Part shown: in pieces, positions 31,037-41,030 of the stretch
How the letters are laid out: the number at the start of each line of letters is the position of its first letter
How positions within the stretch are numbered: the stretch's first letter is position 1
Assembly (NCBI GenBank): GCA_028691965.1
Contig: JAQUYE010000003.1
Location: 6,713-70,712 of the forward strand
Length of the DNA: 64,000 nt
Direction of reading: 5' to 3'
DNA from: Paludibacter sp.
GTDB taxonomy: Bacteria; Bacteroidota; Bacteroidia; Bacteroidales; Paludibacteraceae
Translations under genes and position numbers: made by a program
Notes under the pieces: model-generated
What the model was told of the DNA's origin: nothing
What the model saw: only the letters and a program-made list of their open reading frames with translations
Database searches by the model: none

Positions 31037-32167
31037 CTATAATCTTTTACTTAATCGGGGAGTAATTTCCCTTTTCCACGAAACAAAATCACCAGCTAAA
31101 ATATGCTTACGTGCTTCTTTAACCAACCACAAATAAAAAGCTAAGTTATGAATAGATGCGATTTGCATTGCCAAAAGCTCTTTACTGACAAACAAGTGAC
31201 GCAGGTAAGCCTTCGTATAACTGTGATCCACATACGAAGTGCCAAATTCATCCAGCACTGAGAAATCATTTTTCCATTTCTCATTTTTCATATTCATAAT
31301 ACCCTGCGAGGTAAATAACATCCCGTTTCTACCGTTGCGGGTAGGCATTACACAGTCAAACATATCTACTCCTCTTTCAATTCCTTCCAAAATGTTCTCA
31401 GGAGTACCTACACCCATTAAATAACGTGGCTTATCGACAGGCAGGATTTCATTTACAACTTCAATCATTTCGTACATCTTCTCTGCAGGCTCACCAACTG
31501 CCAGTCCGCCAATAGCATTCCCTTCTCTGTTCTGAGATGCGATAAACTCTGCCGACTGACGTCGCAAATCAGGATACACACATCCCTGAACGATCGGAAA
31601 GAATGTTTGAGAATAGCCATATTTATTGTCTGTAGCGTCAAATCGTTTTAATCCTCTCTCAAGCCACCTATGTGTTAACTCCATCGAAGTTTTCGCATAC
31701 TCATAGGGAGCATTACCAGGTGTACACTCATCGAAGGCCATCATTATGTCTGCTCCGATTATACGCTGAATATCAACAACTCTTTCCGGTGTAAATAAAT
31801 GCTTACTCCCGTCTATATGGGATCTGAAATGTGCACCCTCTTCTTTTAATTTACGATTTGCCGAGAGAGAAAAAACCTGATAACCTCCACTATCCGTAAG
31901 AATCGGACGATCCCAACCATTAAATTTATGTAAACCTCCTGCTTGCTCAAGTATTTCCAATCCCGGTCTGAGGTACAAATGATAGGTATTCCCGAGAATT
32001 ATCCGGGCGTCGATATCTTCTTTCAATTCATGAAAATGGACTGCTTTAACAGATGCTACAGTCCCAACCGGCATAAAAATAGGCGTTTCTATCTGACCAT
32101 GATCGGTAGTAATTACACCGGCACGTGCCCATGAACCTGTATCGGTATGTTGCAGTTGAAATTTCAT
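31037..32167 (-). CDS. tgt: tRNA-guanine transglycosylase
   Basis: TPIFMPVGT, GNTYHL, TDSGGYQ, DCVMPTRNGRNG, HNL. Confidence 0.97.
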   Translation of the reverse strand: MKFQLQHTDTGSWARAGVITTDHGQIETPIFMPVGTVASVKAVHFHELKEDIDARIILGNTYHLYLRPGLEILEQAGGLHKFNGWDRPILTDSGGYQVFSLSANRKLKEEGAHFRSHIDGSKHLFTPERVVDIQRIIGADIMMAFDECTPGNAPYEYAKTSMELTHRWLERGLKRFDATDNKYGYSQTFFPIVQGCVYPDLRRQSAEFIASQNREGNAIGGLAVGEPAEKMYEMIEVVNEILPVDKPRYLMGVGTPENILEGIERGVDMFDCVMPTRNGRNGMLFTSQGIMNMKNEKWKNDFSVLDEFGTSYVDHSYTKAYLRHLFVSKELLAMQIASIHNLAFYLWLVKEARKHILAGDFVSWKREITPRLSKRL

Positions 32168-32175
32168 GTAAACAA

Positions 32176-32772
32176 TTAAAATGAAGAACGAAGAAAGTTT
32201 CTCAATATTTGCTCTCCCTGATCTCCCGATTTTTCAGGATGAAATTGAACAGCAATAAAATTATCTTTACGAATAGCCGCACTGTAAGCATCGGGGTAGG
32301 ATGCTGAAGCTATAGTATAGGTGCTTAACGGGACAAAATAGCCATGTACAAAATAAACATAGGTTGATTCAGTAACCAAACTAAACAAGGGCGATTCCAG
32401 CAAAGAGATCGTATTCCAACCTATTTGTGGAACTTTTAAACCATTGCTTTCGGAGAATTGCTTTACTGTCAACGGGAAGATACCCAAACATTCTGTATTA
32501 TTCTCTTCAGAGAATTGACACATAAGTTGCATGCCCAAACAAATACCTAACACGGGCTGTGTAAGAGAAGGTATAAGTTTATCCAACCCCTTTTCGCGTA
32601 GATATGCCATCGCTGAAGAAGCTTCACCCACTCCGGGGAAAATAACTCTGTCAGCTGCACGAATTTCATCCGGGTTGTCGGTGACAAGTGCGTCTACCCC
32701 GATACGTTCGAGGGCAAAAAGCACTGACCGGATATTTCCGGCATTATACTTAATGATAACCGTTTTACTCAC
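32176..32772 (-). CDS. hisH: Imidazole glycerol phosphate synthase glutaminase subunit
   Basis: AGNIRSV, PGVG, GICLGMQ, YFVHGY, QFHPEKS. Confidence 0.92.
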   Translation of the reverse strand: MSKTVIIKYNAGNIRSVLFALERIGVDALVTDNPDEIRAADRVIFPGVGEASSAMAYLREKGLDKLIPSLTQPVLGICLGMQLMCQFSEENNTECLGIFPLTVKQFSESNGLKVPQIGWNTISLLESPLFSLVTESTYVYFVHGYFVPLSTYTIASASYPDAYSAAIRKDNFIAVQFHPEKSGDQGEQILRNFLRSSF

Positions 32773-33122
32773 TTTACTAAGCGATTGGTAGCTGTTTCCG
32801 GAAAAACTACAGAAGGCTTGAACCCCTTTGCTTCTTCCATTTCCATCATAGCATACGCCATGATTATTATAACATCTCCGGGTTGGACCAAACGAGCTGC
32901 AGCTCCATTAATACAAATCATACCAGAGCCTCTTTCACCTGTAATTACATAGGTTTCAAATCGCGCTCCGTTATTATTGTTAACGATAGTTACCTTTTCG
33001 TTAGCAATCAGATTTGCGGCCGACATCAGGTCCTCATCGATTGTTATACTTCCGATATAGTTCAAGTTAGCCTCGGTTACAGAAGCACGGTGAATTTTCG
33101 ATTTTAATACTGTTACGAACAT
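32769..33122 (-). CDS. panD: Aspartate 1-decarboxylase
   Basis: [16 protein letters not shown] self-cleavage site, [14 protein letters not shown]. Confidence 0.97.
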   Translation of the reverse strand: MFVTVLKSKIHRASVTEANLNYIGSITIDEDLMSAANLIANEKVTIVNNNNGARFETYVITGERGSGMICINGAAARLVQPGDVIIIMAYAMMEMEEAKGFKPSVVFPETATNRLVK

Positions 33123-33958
33123 CTTACAACATCAATTAACCTCACTTCTCCGCAAAACACAGCAATACAACCTACAGTAGGCTCATCCCAGCTTTTTGCT
33201 GTTTGCAAGGTATTAATATTAGCAATTTCAAAATACTCTAACCGCAACTCAGGAATGCTTTCAATCTGATTCTCAACCCAGATTACGAGTTCCTGCGGCG
33301 ATTTATTCGGAACAAAGGTACGACATTCAAATAAAACTTTCGATATATTCGCTGCGATTTCACGTTGAATAGGTGTTAAACGTGCGTTTCTGCTACTCAT
33401 TGCGAGGCCTGAAGCTTCACGAACTATAGGGCAGGCAACAATTTCGACATCAAACTGCAAACTCTTAGTCATATGACGAATAATAGCCAGTTGCTGAAAA
33501 TCCTTTTCACCAAAATATGCCCTGTCAGGTTGAACCAGACGGAACAGTTTGCTGACAATCTGTACAACACCATTAAAATGACCAGGTCTAAACCGACCCT
33601 CCATCACTGCATCCAACCCCCCAAACTCAAATTCAAAGGGCTGCGCAAGCTCCTCGCCTGAATAAATGTCTGCAACAGATGGAGCAAACACTACCCCACA
33701 ACCAACCTCATTCAACAGCTTTACATCATTTTCCAGATTCCGCGGATATCTTTCAAGATCTGCTTTATTGTTAAATTGAGTCGGGTTAACAAACACACTC
33801 ACTACAGTAAGGTCATTCTCTCCGGCGGAACGACGTACAAGTGTCAGATGACCTTCATGCAGAGCTCCCATGGTTGGAACTAATCCAACAGACTTACCGG
33901 ATGACCTGTGTTCCAGCATAATAGAATGTAATGCTGATACCGAATTTATTATTTGCAT
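33113..33958 (-). CDS. panC: Pantoate--beta-alanine ligase
   Basis: [44 protein letters not shown]. Confidence 0.97.
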   Translation of the reverse strand: MQIINSVSALHSIMLEHRSSGKSVGLVPTMGALHEGHLTLVRRSAGENDLTVVSVFVNPTQFNNKADLERYPRNLENDVKLLNEVGCGVVFAPSVADIYSGEELAQPFEFEFGGLDAVMEGRFRPGHFNGVVQIVSKLFRLVQPDRAYFGEKDFQQLAIIRHMTKSLQFDVEIVACPIVREASGLAMSSRNARLTPIQREIAANISKVLFECRTFVPNKSPQELVIWVENQIESIPELRLEYFEIANINTLQTAKSWDEPTVGCIAVFCGEVRLIDVVRCS

Positions 33959-33994
33959 AACTTACCTTTCTAAAAACTTTCGAAAAAATGACTG

Positions 33995-34061
33995 CAAAAG
34001 TACAAAAAGTTCCCGGTATAAAAACATTGGGTGTTAAAATCAAAATTTTTTCGTATCTTTG
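33995..34061. promoter_or_regulatory. Divergent promoters for panC (-, TACTTTTG 33995-34002) and the GT5-domain gene (+, TATCTTTG 34054-34061)
   Basis: Two TAnnTTTG matches. Confidence 0.7.
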
Positions 34062-34082
34062 CGAGAGAATTTATATAATTGC

Positions 34083-34895
34083 ATGAAAAAAGTTAACAAA
34101 GTACTTTATATTTCTCAGGAAATATTCCCTTACTTACCTGAATCACCGGTAGCCGATATGGGCAGATATTTGCCTCAGGCTGTACAAGACCGCGGACGGG
34201 AAACCCGCACTTTCATGCCTAAATTCGGAGCCATCAATGAACGCCGCAACCAGCTTCATGAGGTCATCCGACTTTCAGGAATGAACCTGATTATCGACGA
34301 CACCGATCACCCCCTGATTATCAAAGTTGCCTCAATACAATCTGCACGCCTGCAGGTTTACTTTATTGATAACGATGACTTCTTTCGTCGCAAAAACACA
34401 ATTACCGACGAAGATGATGTTGAATACAGTGATAACGACGAACGTACCATCTTCTTTGTACGAGGCGTTATGGAGACTGTAAAAAAGCTAAGATGGACTC
34501 CCGATGTTATTCACTGTTTAGGTTGGATGACGGCGCTAGCCCCGCTCTATATCAAAAAAGCATTTAACCAGGATCCATTCTTTAAAAACTCCAAAGTAAT
34601 TTACTCCTTGTTTCAGGATGATTTCAAGCAACCTTTCCGTAGTCTGTTTGCGGATAAACTGATACTCGAAGGCATTGAACCTTCCGATGTAGCTCACCTG
34701 AAAGAAGAGGATATAGATTTCGTAAAACTCAGCAAGCTGGCGATCGACTACTCTGATGGCATCATTCAGTCAGTACCCGAAACCAATCAGGAAATACTGG
34801 ACTATGTTCAGTCTACCGGCAAGAAATTCATCCCGTACAAGGAAGATGAAGACTATGCTGATGATTACGTACGCTTTTACGACAGTGTAATGTAG
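34083..34895 (+). CDS. Glycogen/starch synthase N-terminal (GT5) domain-only protein
   Basis: FMPKFGAINERRNQLHEVIRLSGMN, VYFIDNDDFF, WTPDVIHC. Start at ATG 34083, after the -7 element. Confidence 0.85.
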   Translation: MKKVNKVLYISQEIFPYLPESPVADMGRYLPQAVQDRGRETRTFMPKFGAINERRNQLHEVIRLSGMNLIIDDTDHPLIIKVASIQSARLQVYFIDNDDFFRRKNTITDEDDVEYSDNDERTIFFVRGVMETVKKLRWTPDVIHCLGWMTALAPLYIKKAFNQDPFFKNSKVIYSLFQDDFKQPFRSLFADKLILEGIEPSDVAHLKEEDIDFVKLSKLAIDYSDGIIQSVPETNQEILDYVQSTGKKFIPYKEDEDYADDYVRFYDSVM

Positions 34896-34931
34896 TCCTT
34901 AAAAGAAACACTTCTATCTTTTAGTTTCCGT

Positions 34932-36320
34932 ATGAAAACTCTTTCATTCTATTTTTTAATGATATCAATGCTGCTACTCAGCGCATGTTCTGATATCAAT
35001 GTTTCTGATATGGGTAGTCAACTTCTTCCTACAGGAGATCAGATCACCGTTAGTTCAGAAACATTTACTGTACAATCAGAGGATTATATTGTTCCATCGA
35101 TTTATGCGTATCCCGACTCTTTCCTGCTGGGAACCTTTTACGATGAAAAATACGGGACTACGCATGCCGACATTCTGGCACAGGTAGAGAAACCTGCTCA
35201 ATACATTTATCCTGAAAATGTATCCATCACACCCGATTCAGTGTATTTGCTACTTTATTACAAACAATATTTTGGCGACCGTTATTCTCCCATGCACATT
35301 AGCGTGTATGAAATGAACAAAGCCACATTCAACTATACTCAGGCCTATCCTTCTAATCTGAATCCGTCTGACTATACTGATAAATCGCTTTTATTAGGCC
35401 AAAAAACCATTACAGCAGTCGATGCTTCCGGCGAGGGCGACTCAACAGTCGTAGCGATAAAACTCTCAAATGAATTCCTTCAACGTTTTTCCAAAGCCAG
35501 TCCTGACATCTATGAAGATGAAGCAAAATTTCTTGATTTTTTCAAGGGTTTGTACATCACTACCGACTTTGGCTCTGCCACTATGTTATACCTCAAACAG
35601 ATCGATTTAGAGTATTTTCATCATTACACATACTCAGGCAAGAGTACTTCCGGTCAGGATAGCACAATTACAGTAAATAATGTATTTACCTTCCCAGCCA
35701 ACCAGTCAGTTCGTCAGGTCAATCGCTTTTTACATCCCGACATTGAAAACGTAAAGGCCAGTCTACAAGCAAAAACCAAACAGGTACACTATATCTCTTC
35801 TCCGGCAAACATCTTTACCAAGGTACGTTTGCCAATCCGTTCGATGCATTCAACTATGGAAAGTGCAGATAAGCGATTATCTATCAACAGCGCTAAACTT
35901 CGTCTGGATATGGGAGAAATTGACACTAACAACTTCTCTATGCCAATAAGTTCATCCCTGCTTTTAGTCAGACAAAATGCAGTGGATCGTTTCTTTGCAA
36001 AAAAAGAGCTCCCTTCTGATACTGTAGCAATTGTTGGCACCTACAGTTATGAGCTTAACCCAACAACCAACGAATATGATTTCTATTATGAGTTTGACCT
36101 GGCCCGTTATATTGCAAACGAATTTAAACAAGCCAATCTGTTAAACACCGTTTTACCTGAATATGCCGACTTTGTGGTCGTACCAGTGCGTGTAACTACC
36201 AATAGTAGTAATTACGTGACGAAAGTAAAACACCAGATTCTGATGAATGCCGTAACCATTTGCGGAGGTCAACATCCGGATAAACCCATGAAAATAAGGA
36301 CAATTTTCAGCAAGTTCTGA
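34932..36320 (+). CDS. DUF4270 family lipoprotein
   Basis: LLSAC lipobox, LLG...YG, FFKGLYI; the usual neighbour of the GT5-domain gene in Bacteroidetes. Confidence 0.75.
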   Translation: MKTLSFYFLMISMLLLSACSDINVSDMGSQLLPTGDQITVSSETFTVQSEDYIVPSIYAYPDSFLLGTFYDEKYGTTHADILAQVEKPAQYIYPENVSITPDSVYLLLYYKQYFGDRYSPMHISVYEMNKATFNYTQAYPSNLNPSDYTDKSLLLGQKTITAVDASGEGDSTVVAIKLSNEFLQRFSKASPDIYEDEAKFLDFFKGLYITTDFGSATMLYLKQIDLEYFHHYTYSGKSTSGQDSTITVNNVFTFPANQSVRQVNRFLHPDIENVKASLQAKTKQVHYISSPANIFTKVRLPIRSMHSTMESADKRLSINSAKLRLDMGEIDTNNFSMPISSSLLLVRQNAVDRFFAKKELPSDTVAIVGTYSYELNPTTNEYDFYYEFDLARYIANEFKQANLLNTVLPEYADFVVVPVRVTTNSSNYVTKVKHQILMNAVTICGGQHPDKPMKIRTIFSKF

Positions 36321-36341
36321 TAGTATTTAAAAAAATATATC

Positions 36342-36349
36342 TATCTTTG
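36342..36349 (+). promoter_or_regulatory. -7 promoter element (TATCTTTG) for rpsA
   Basis: Consensus TAnnTTTG. Confidence 0.65.
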
Positions 36350-36416
36350 CACCCTCAATTTTTATATCAACATAAAGTCTAACCTACTATTTATTAGTAA
36401 AAAAAGTTTTCATTAC

Positions 36417-38420
36417 ATGGAAGAAAATCAAATTCCGGTTGAAGAAACCAAGAATGTTGCTGAAGAAACAGTAGCGGCTGCAGCTGCTGTTGAAGCAAGT
36501 CCCGCAGTTATTGAAGAAGCACCCTCAAAAGAAAAACCAGCTCCTGCTGCTCCCGTAGTAGAAGCCGAATTCGATTGGGATGCATACGAAAAAGGTGACA
36601 CTATGAGTTCTGCCGACAAAAAGGCACTCGAAAGTGTTTACGACAACACCCTGAACGCCATTAAAGACAAAGAAGTGGTAGAAGGAACGGTTATTTCGAT
36701 CAACAAACGCGAAGTTGTTGTAAATGTTGGTTACAAATCCGATGGTATCGTACCAATGAGCGAATTTCGCTACAACCCCGAACTAAAAGTAGGTGACAAG
36801 GTTGAAGTATACATCGAAAGCCAGGAAGACAAAAAAGGACAGCTTCTCCTTTCACACAAGCAAGCACGCGCTACCCGCTCATGGGATCGTGTAAACGAAG
36901 CTCTTGAATCTCAGGAAGTAGTTAAAGGTTTCGTTAAATGTCGTACAAAAGGCGGTATGATTGTAGATATCTTCGGTATCGAAGCATTCCTTCCGGGTTC
37001 ACAAATCGATGTGAAGCCAATCCGCGATTACGATGTATTTGTTAACAAGACTATGGAATTCAAGGTTATTAAAATCAACCATGAATTCAAAAACGTTGTG
37101 GTTTCGCACAAGGCTCTTATTGAAGCTGAACTCGAAAACCAGAAGAAAGAAATTATCGGCAAACTGCAAAAAGGTCAGGTACTCGAAGGTACCGTTAAAA
37201 ACATCACCTCTTACGGTGTGTTTATCGACCTTGGCGGCGTAGATGGTTTGATCCATATTACCGACCTGTCATGGGGTCGCGTTTCACATCCTGAAGAAAT
37301 AGTTACACTTGATCAGAAGATCAATGTTGTAATTCTTGACTTTGATGATGAAAAGAAACGTATTGCTTTAGGTTTGAAACAACTTGTTCCACACCCATGG
37401 GATGCATTAAGTGCCGATCTTCAGGTAGGTGACAAGGTAAAAGGTAAAGTAGTAGTTATGGCCGACTATGGTGCATTCGTTGAAATCGCACCTGGTGTTG
37501 AAGGTTTGATTCACGTTTCAGAAATGAGCTGGTCACAGCATCTTCGTTCGGCACAAGACTTCCTTAAAGTAGGTGACGAAGTTGAAACTGTTATCCTGAC
37601 TCTTGATCGTGAAGAACGCAAAATGTCATTGGGTATCAAACAACTCAAATCTGATCCATGGGAAAACATTGAAGAAAAATATGCTCTCGGATCAAAACAC
37701 ACTGCGAAAGTACGCAACTTCACCAACTTTGGTGTATTTGTAGAAATCGAAGAAGGTGTTGACGGCCTGATTCACATTTCCGATTTGTCATGGACTAAGA
37801 AAGTTAAACATCCTTCTGAATTTACTCAGATTGGAAGTGAAATTGAAGTACAGGTACTCGAAATCGACAAAGCAAATCGTCGTTTGAGCCTTGGTCACAA
37901 GCAAATGGAAGAAAATCCATGGGATGTTTTGGAAACTATGTTTACCGTTGACAGTATCCATGAAGGTGTAATCATCGAAATGATGGACAAGGGTGCTGTT
38001 GTATCACTGCCATACGGAGTTGAAGGTTTCGCAACACCTAAACACCTTATCAAAGAAGACGGGTCACAAGCTCAGCTCGATGAGAAGATGATGTTTAAGG
38101 TAATCGAATTCAACAAAGATGCAAAACGAATCATTCTTTCTCACAGTCGTATTCATGAAGATGTAAAACGTGCTGAAAAAGCAGCAACTTCTGATGCCAG
38201 CGGCGAAGCTCCAAAGCGAGTGAAAAAAGCGAAGAAGGAAGAAGCACCAGTGGTAAGCACACAGGCTACTGAAAAAACAACTCTTGGCGACATCCAGTCT
38301 TTAGCAGATCTTAAAGATCAATTGATCAACGAAGCTGCTGAGAAAATGGTAAAAGCAGAAAAAGCTAAAAAAGCAAAGGAAGTAAAAGCAGCTAAAGAAG
38401 ATACTTCAGCAGAAGCTTAA
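36417..38420 (+). CDS. rpsA: 30S ribosomal protein bS1
   Basis: Six S1 domains (AFLPGSQID, GLIHITDLSW, GLIHVSEMSW, GLIHISDLSW), TTLGDI tail. Confidence 0.97.
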   Translation: MEENQIPVEETKNVAEETVAAAAAVEASPAVIEEAPSKEKPAPAAPVVEAEFDWDAYEKGDTMSSADKKALESVYDNTLNAIKDKEVVEGTVISINKREVVVNVGYKSDGIVPMSEFRYNPELKVGDKVEVYIESQEDKKGQLLLSHKQARATRSWDRVNEALESQEVVKGFVKCRTKGGMIVDIFGIEAFLPGSQIDVKPIRDYDVFVNKTMEFKVIKINHEFKNVVVSHKALIEAELENQKKEIIGKLQKGQVLEGTVKNITSYGVFIDLGGVDGLIHITDLSWGRVSHPEEIVTLDQKINVVILDFDDEKKRIALGLKQLVPHPWDALSADLQVGDKVKGKVVVMADYGAFVEIAPGVEGLIHVSEMSWSQHLRSAQDFLKVGDEVETVILTLDREERKMSLGIKQLKSDPWENIEEKYALGSKHTAKVRNFTNFGVFVEIEEGVDGLIHISDLSWTKKVKHPSEFTQIGSEIEVQVLEIDKANRRLSLGHKQMEENPWDVLETMFTVDSIHEGVIIEMMDKGAVVSLPYGVEGFATPKHLIKEDGSQAQLDEKMMFKVIEFNKDAKRIILSHSRIHEDVKRAEKAATSDASGEAPKRVKKAKKEEAPVVSTQATEKTTLGDIQSLADLKDQLINEAAEKMVKAEKAKKAKEVKAAKEDTSAEA

Positions 38421-38438
38421 TTCCGGTTTAATACTTGT

Positions 38439-38474
38439 AAAACGGGACATTTTTTTATAAAATGTCCCGTTTTT
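38439..38474 (+). terminator. Intrinsic terminator after rpsA
   Basis: AAAACGGGACATTTT/AAAATGTCCCGTTTTT inverted repeat. Confidence 0.9.
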
Positions 38475-38525
38475 GTTAGAACTAATCCTGAAAAGCTGTT
38501 GTTTAATAAGTATTAGATTGATCCC

Positions 38526-39332
38526 ATGAAACACAAACTCAGCAGGCCCCTGCTTTATCACATAATATTTGAAAGTAACACCAGGTACGGGAAACTGTTT
38601 GACATTATCCTTTTATGGATAATTGCGGCGAGTGTTCTCATTGCTATGGTAGATAGTATCAGCGGTCTTAATGAATCTACCTACAACTTATTATCAGGCG
38701 CTGAATGGGTCTTTACAATATTGTTTACGCTTGAATACATTACCCGTATATATGTCCATCCCAAACCAGCCAACTACATTTTCAGTTTCTGGGGCATAAT
38801 TGATTTAATAGCTGTATTTCCGGCCTACCTAAGTCTGTTCATCTACGGATACAATTATCTTCTCGTTGTTCGTTTACTTCGACTTTTGCGTGTCTTCAGA
38901 GTATTAAGGATGGTGCGATTTAGCAAAGAAGCAAATACATTACTCCGCGCATTAAAAGCGAGTCTGTACAAAATTGGTATTTTCTTTTTATCCGTACTAT
39001 GTATTGTAGTAATTCTGGGTACCCTGCTCTATGTTATAGAAGGACCTGAAAATGGTTTTTCAAATATATTCCAAAGTATCTATTGGGCAATTATTACAAT
39101 CACTACTGTAGGATACGGGGATATTGTCCCACAAACCGTTGCGGGTAAATTTATATCCTCAGTAGCAATGATAATCGGCTATGCGATCATTGCAGTTCCA
39201 ACAGGGATTGTAACTGTTGAAATGGCCCGCACAGCTGAAACCACCAGGAAATGTCAAAAATGTGGACACCACAACCCTCCTGCTTCACAGTTTTGCAATA
39301 AATGTGGAGAGCAATTACCTGATAAGGAATAA
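38526..39332 (+). CDS. 6-TM voltage-gated-type potassium channel with C-terminal zinc ribbon
   Basis: S4 RLLRLLRVFRVLR, filter TTVGYGD, CQKC...CNKC tail. Confidence 0.9.
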   Translation: MKHKLSRPLLYHIIFESNTRYGKLFDIILLWIIAASVLIAMVDSISGLNESTYNLLSGAEWVFTILFTLEYITRIYVHPKPANYIFSFWGIIDLIAVFPAYLSLFIYGYNYLLVVRLLRLLRVFRVLRMVRFSKEANTLLRALKASLYKIGIFFLSVLCIVVILGTLLYVIEGPENGFSNIFQSIYWAIITITTVGYGDIVPQTVAGKFISSVAMIIGYAIIAVPTGIVTVEMARTAETTRKCQKCGHHNPPASQFCNKCGEQLPDKE

Positions 39333-39334
39333 AC

Positions 39335-40039
39335 TCAGGCAGAAAGAATCTTACGATAAATACAAGTTTGGTTATTACAGGTCGCACAACCATAATCACG
39401 GTGTCGCGCCTTCTTACCGATGCCTATAACTCCACTAACCGACTTACGGGGTAACATGAGAGCCGATTCAGTTAGAATAACACCCGAAGTTTGATCCGGA
39501 ATAAGAGAAAATAAGGTGTGCTGATCAACTAAAGGCCAGTTACAATAACCCGGGCTATAGCGGTTAGTACAGGAAAGACCCTCCTCCTTAGAAGATAATT
39601 CCAGACTCTCCTGAATATTATCCATTGCTTTTTCAACGGTCAGTGAGCCTATTGCATCGATTAAGTAAGCCTCCAACAATTCGCCATCAGCTGAAAAATG
39701 ATCCGCCATATCAGTTAGCTCTGGTCCGGCCGTAGCCACAAACACCGCAATCTGTTCACTCCCTTTTAAATAACCTGCCACTTGTATACCTATATGTAAG
39801 GTCTTACCTTCGACTATTAAAATACCATCTGCTATATTAAGCACCTCAACATCCATTATTCTGTACGAACCTCTGATGTTTGCAAGTTGTTGCAACTCCG
39901 GCAGAGTATTTTCAATAAATAATAAGGCAGGATGATCTTCTTCAACCAAATGCAGTTGAAGAAAATCATCCAAATCCTCTTTTGCAGGTTTGACTTCCTT
40001 GAAAGAATAGGAAAAAGAGCTATACGAACTTTCAGGCAT
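39335..40039 (-). CDS. Stand-alone MetH-type SAM-dependent corrinoid reactivation domain protein
   Basis: VFVATAG, YLIDAIGS, RYSPGYCNWP, LTESALMLPRKSVSGVIG, C-terminal CATCNNQTC. Start at ATG 40039 overlaps the upstream stop. Confidence 0.85.
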   Translation of the reverse strand: MPESSYSSFSYSFKEVKPAKEDLDDFLQLHLVEEDHPALLFIENTLPELQQLANIRGSYRIMDVEVLNIADGILIVEGKTLHIGIQVAGYLKGSEQIAVFVATAGPELTDMADHFSADGELLEAYLIDAIGSLTVEKAMDNIQESLELSSKEEGLSCTNRYSPGYCNWPLVDQHTLFSLIPDQTSGVILTESALMLPRKSVSGVIGIGKKARHRDYGCATCNNQTCIYRKILSA

Positions 40040-41030
40040 TATTGAACTTTTCAATCGTGGAGAAAAACGCATTCAGGTTATCCACCGATACTCCCGGAGG
40101 TAAATCACAGCCACTTGAGATCACAAAGTTCTTATAGGATGCTGTCTGTTTAAGTAAAACAGAGCTGGCTATTTTTATCGAATCAGGACTCCCCTGTCTG
40201 AATACTCCTACCGGGTCAAGATTACCCATCACAAGGCAATCCGACGGGCAGGCCTCAAGCACCTCTTCCATCGCGATGGCATTACCAAAGTGAAGTCCAA
40301 CCGCGCCTGAAGCGATCATAGCCGGTGTACACTGACCACTGTTTCCGCAGTTATGAAGGATAACAGCAAAAGAATCATCTTGCACTGCTTCGACTATTTC
40401 TTTAACATACACCGACGAGAATTGAAAACATTCCTCATCAGCCAGCAATCCGGCAGCAGGCTCTGCCATTATAACCCCATGTGTTCCTATTGCTTTAAGA
40501 GCAATACAGTACTCCTTAATAAAGGCAGTACATTTTTGAAGCAAGAGTGTAATAGTTTCAGGCTCCAGGTATATTCCCATCATTATTTCCGACATGTCAA
40601 ACAAACGACCGGCCAATGAGAAAGGACCAATACAACCCGAAAGTATCGGTTTATCCTTTATACGCTCAACGGCCAGTTTATTTGCTTTCAGGTATTCAGG
40701 CACACGTGCTGCCGATAAGTCAGGTACTTTCAATGCTTCCACTGAGGCAAGGTCATTCACGAGCCTCCCTACTACGGAAGGAATTTCATCGTCCGTCATC
40801 ACAATCTCTGCTCCGAAAGCTTCAGCCTCCATGGTCAGATCCATGATAGCTGTAGCAGCCATTGTTGGAAAATGATCAGCCAGGTATTCCATGGCTGTAC
40901 AATGAATCTCTCCATCACTTACCGCTTGCTTTACGGTATAACCAAGTGCCTCGATCCCCGGATGTGTCATCACCGGCATTGCCAACCGAACGGGGCTATT
41001 CAAAACATAGTCTTTTAAATTCATACTCAT
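40032..41030 (-). CDS. URO-D-fold methylcorrinoid:acceptor methyltransferase (MtaA/MtbA/CmuA-like)
   Basis: DLTMEAEAFG, GPFSLAG, EPAAG, zinc motif HNC...SSGCD, MGNLDP. Confidence 0.85.
   Translation of the reverse strand: MSMNLKDYVLNSPVRLAMPVMTHPGIEALGYTVKQAVSDGEIHCTAMEYLADHFPTMAATAIMDLTMEAEAFGAEIVMTDDEIPSVVGRLVNDLASVEALKVPDLSAARVPEYLKANKLAVERIKDKPILSGCIGPFSLAGRLFDMSEIMMGIYLEPETITLLLQKCTAFIKEYCIALKAIGTHGVIMAEPAAGLLADEECFQFSSVYVKEIVEAVQDDSFAVILHNCGNSGQCTPAMIASGAVGLHFGNAIAMEEVLEACPSDCLVMGNLDPVGVFRQGSPDSIKIASSVLLKQTASYKNFVISSGCDLPPGVSVDNLNAFFSTIEKFNNA

Noticed and set aside
36417-38420. Repeated sequence within rpsA as a DNA repeat or array
   Set aside because: These are the normal tandem S1 protein domains
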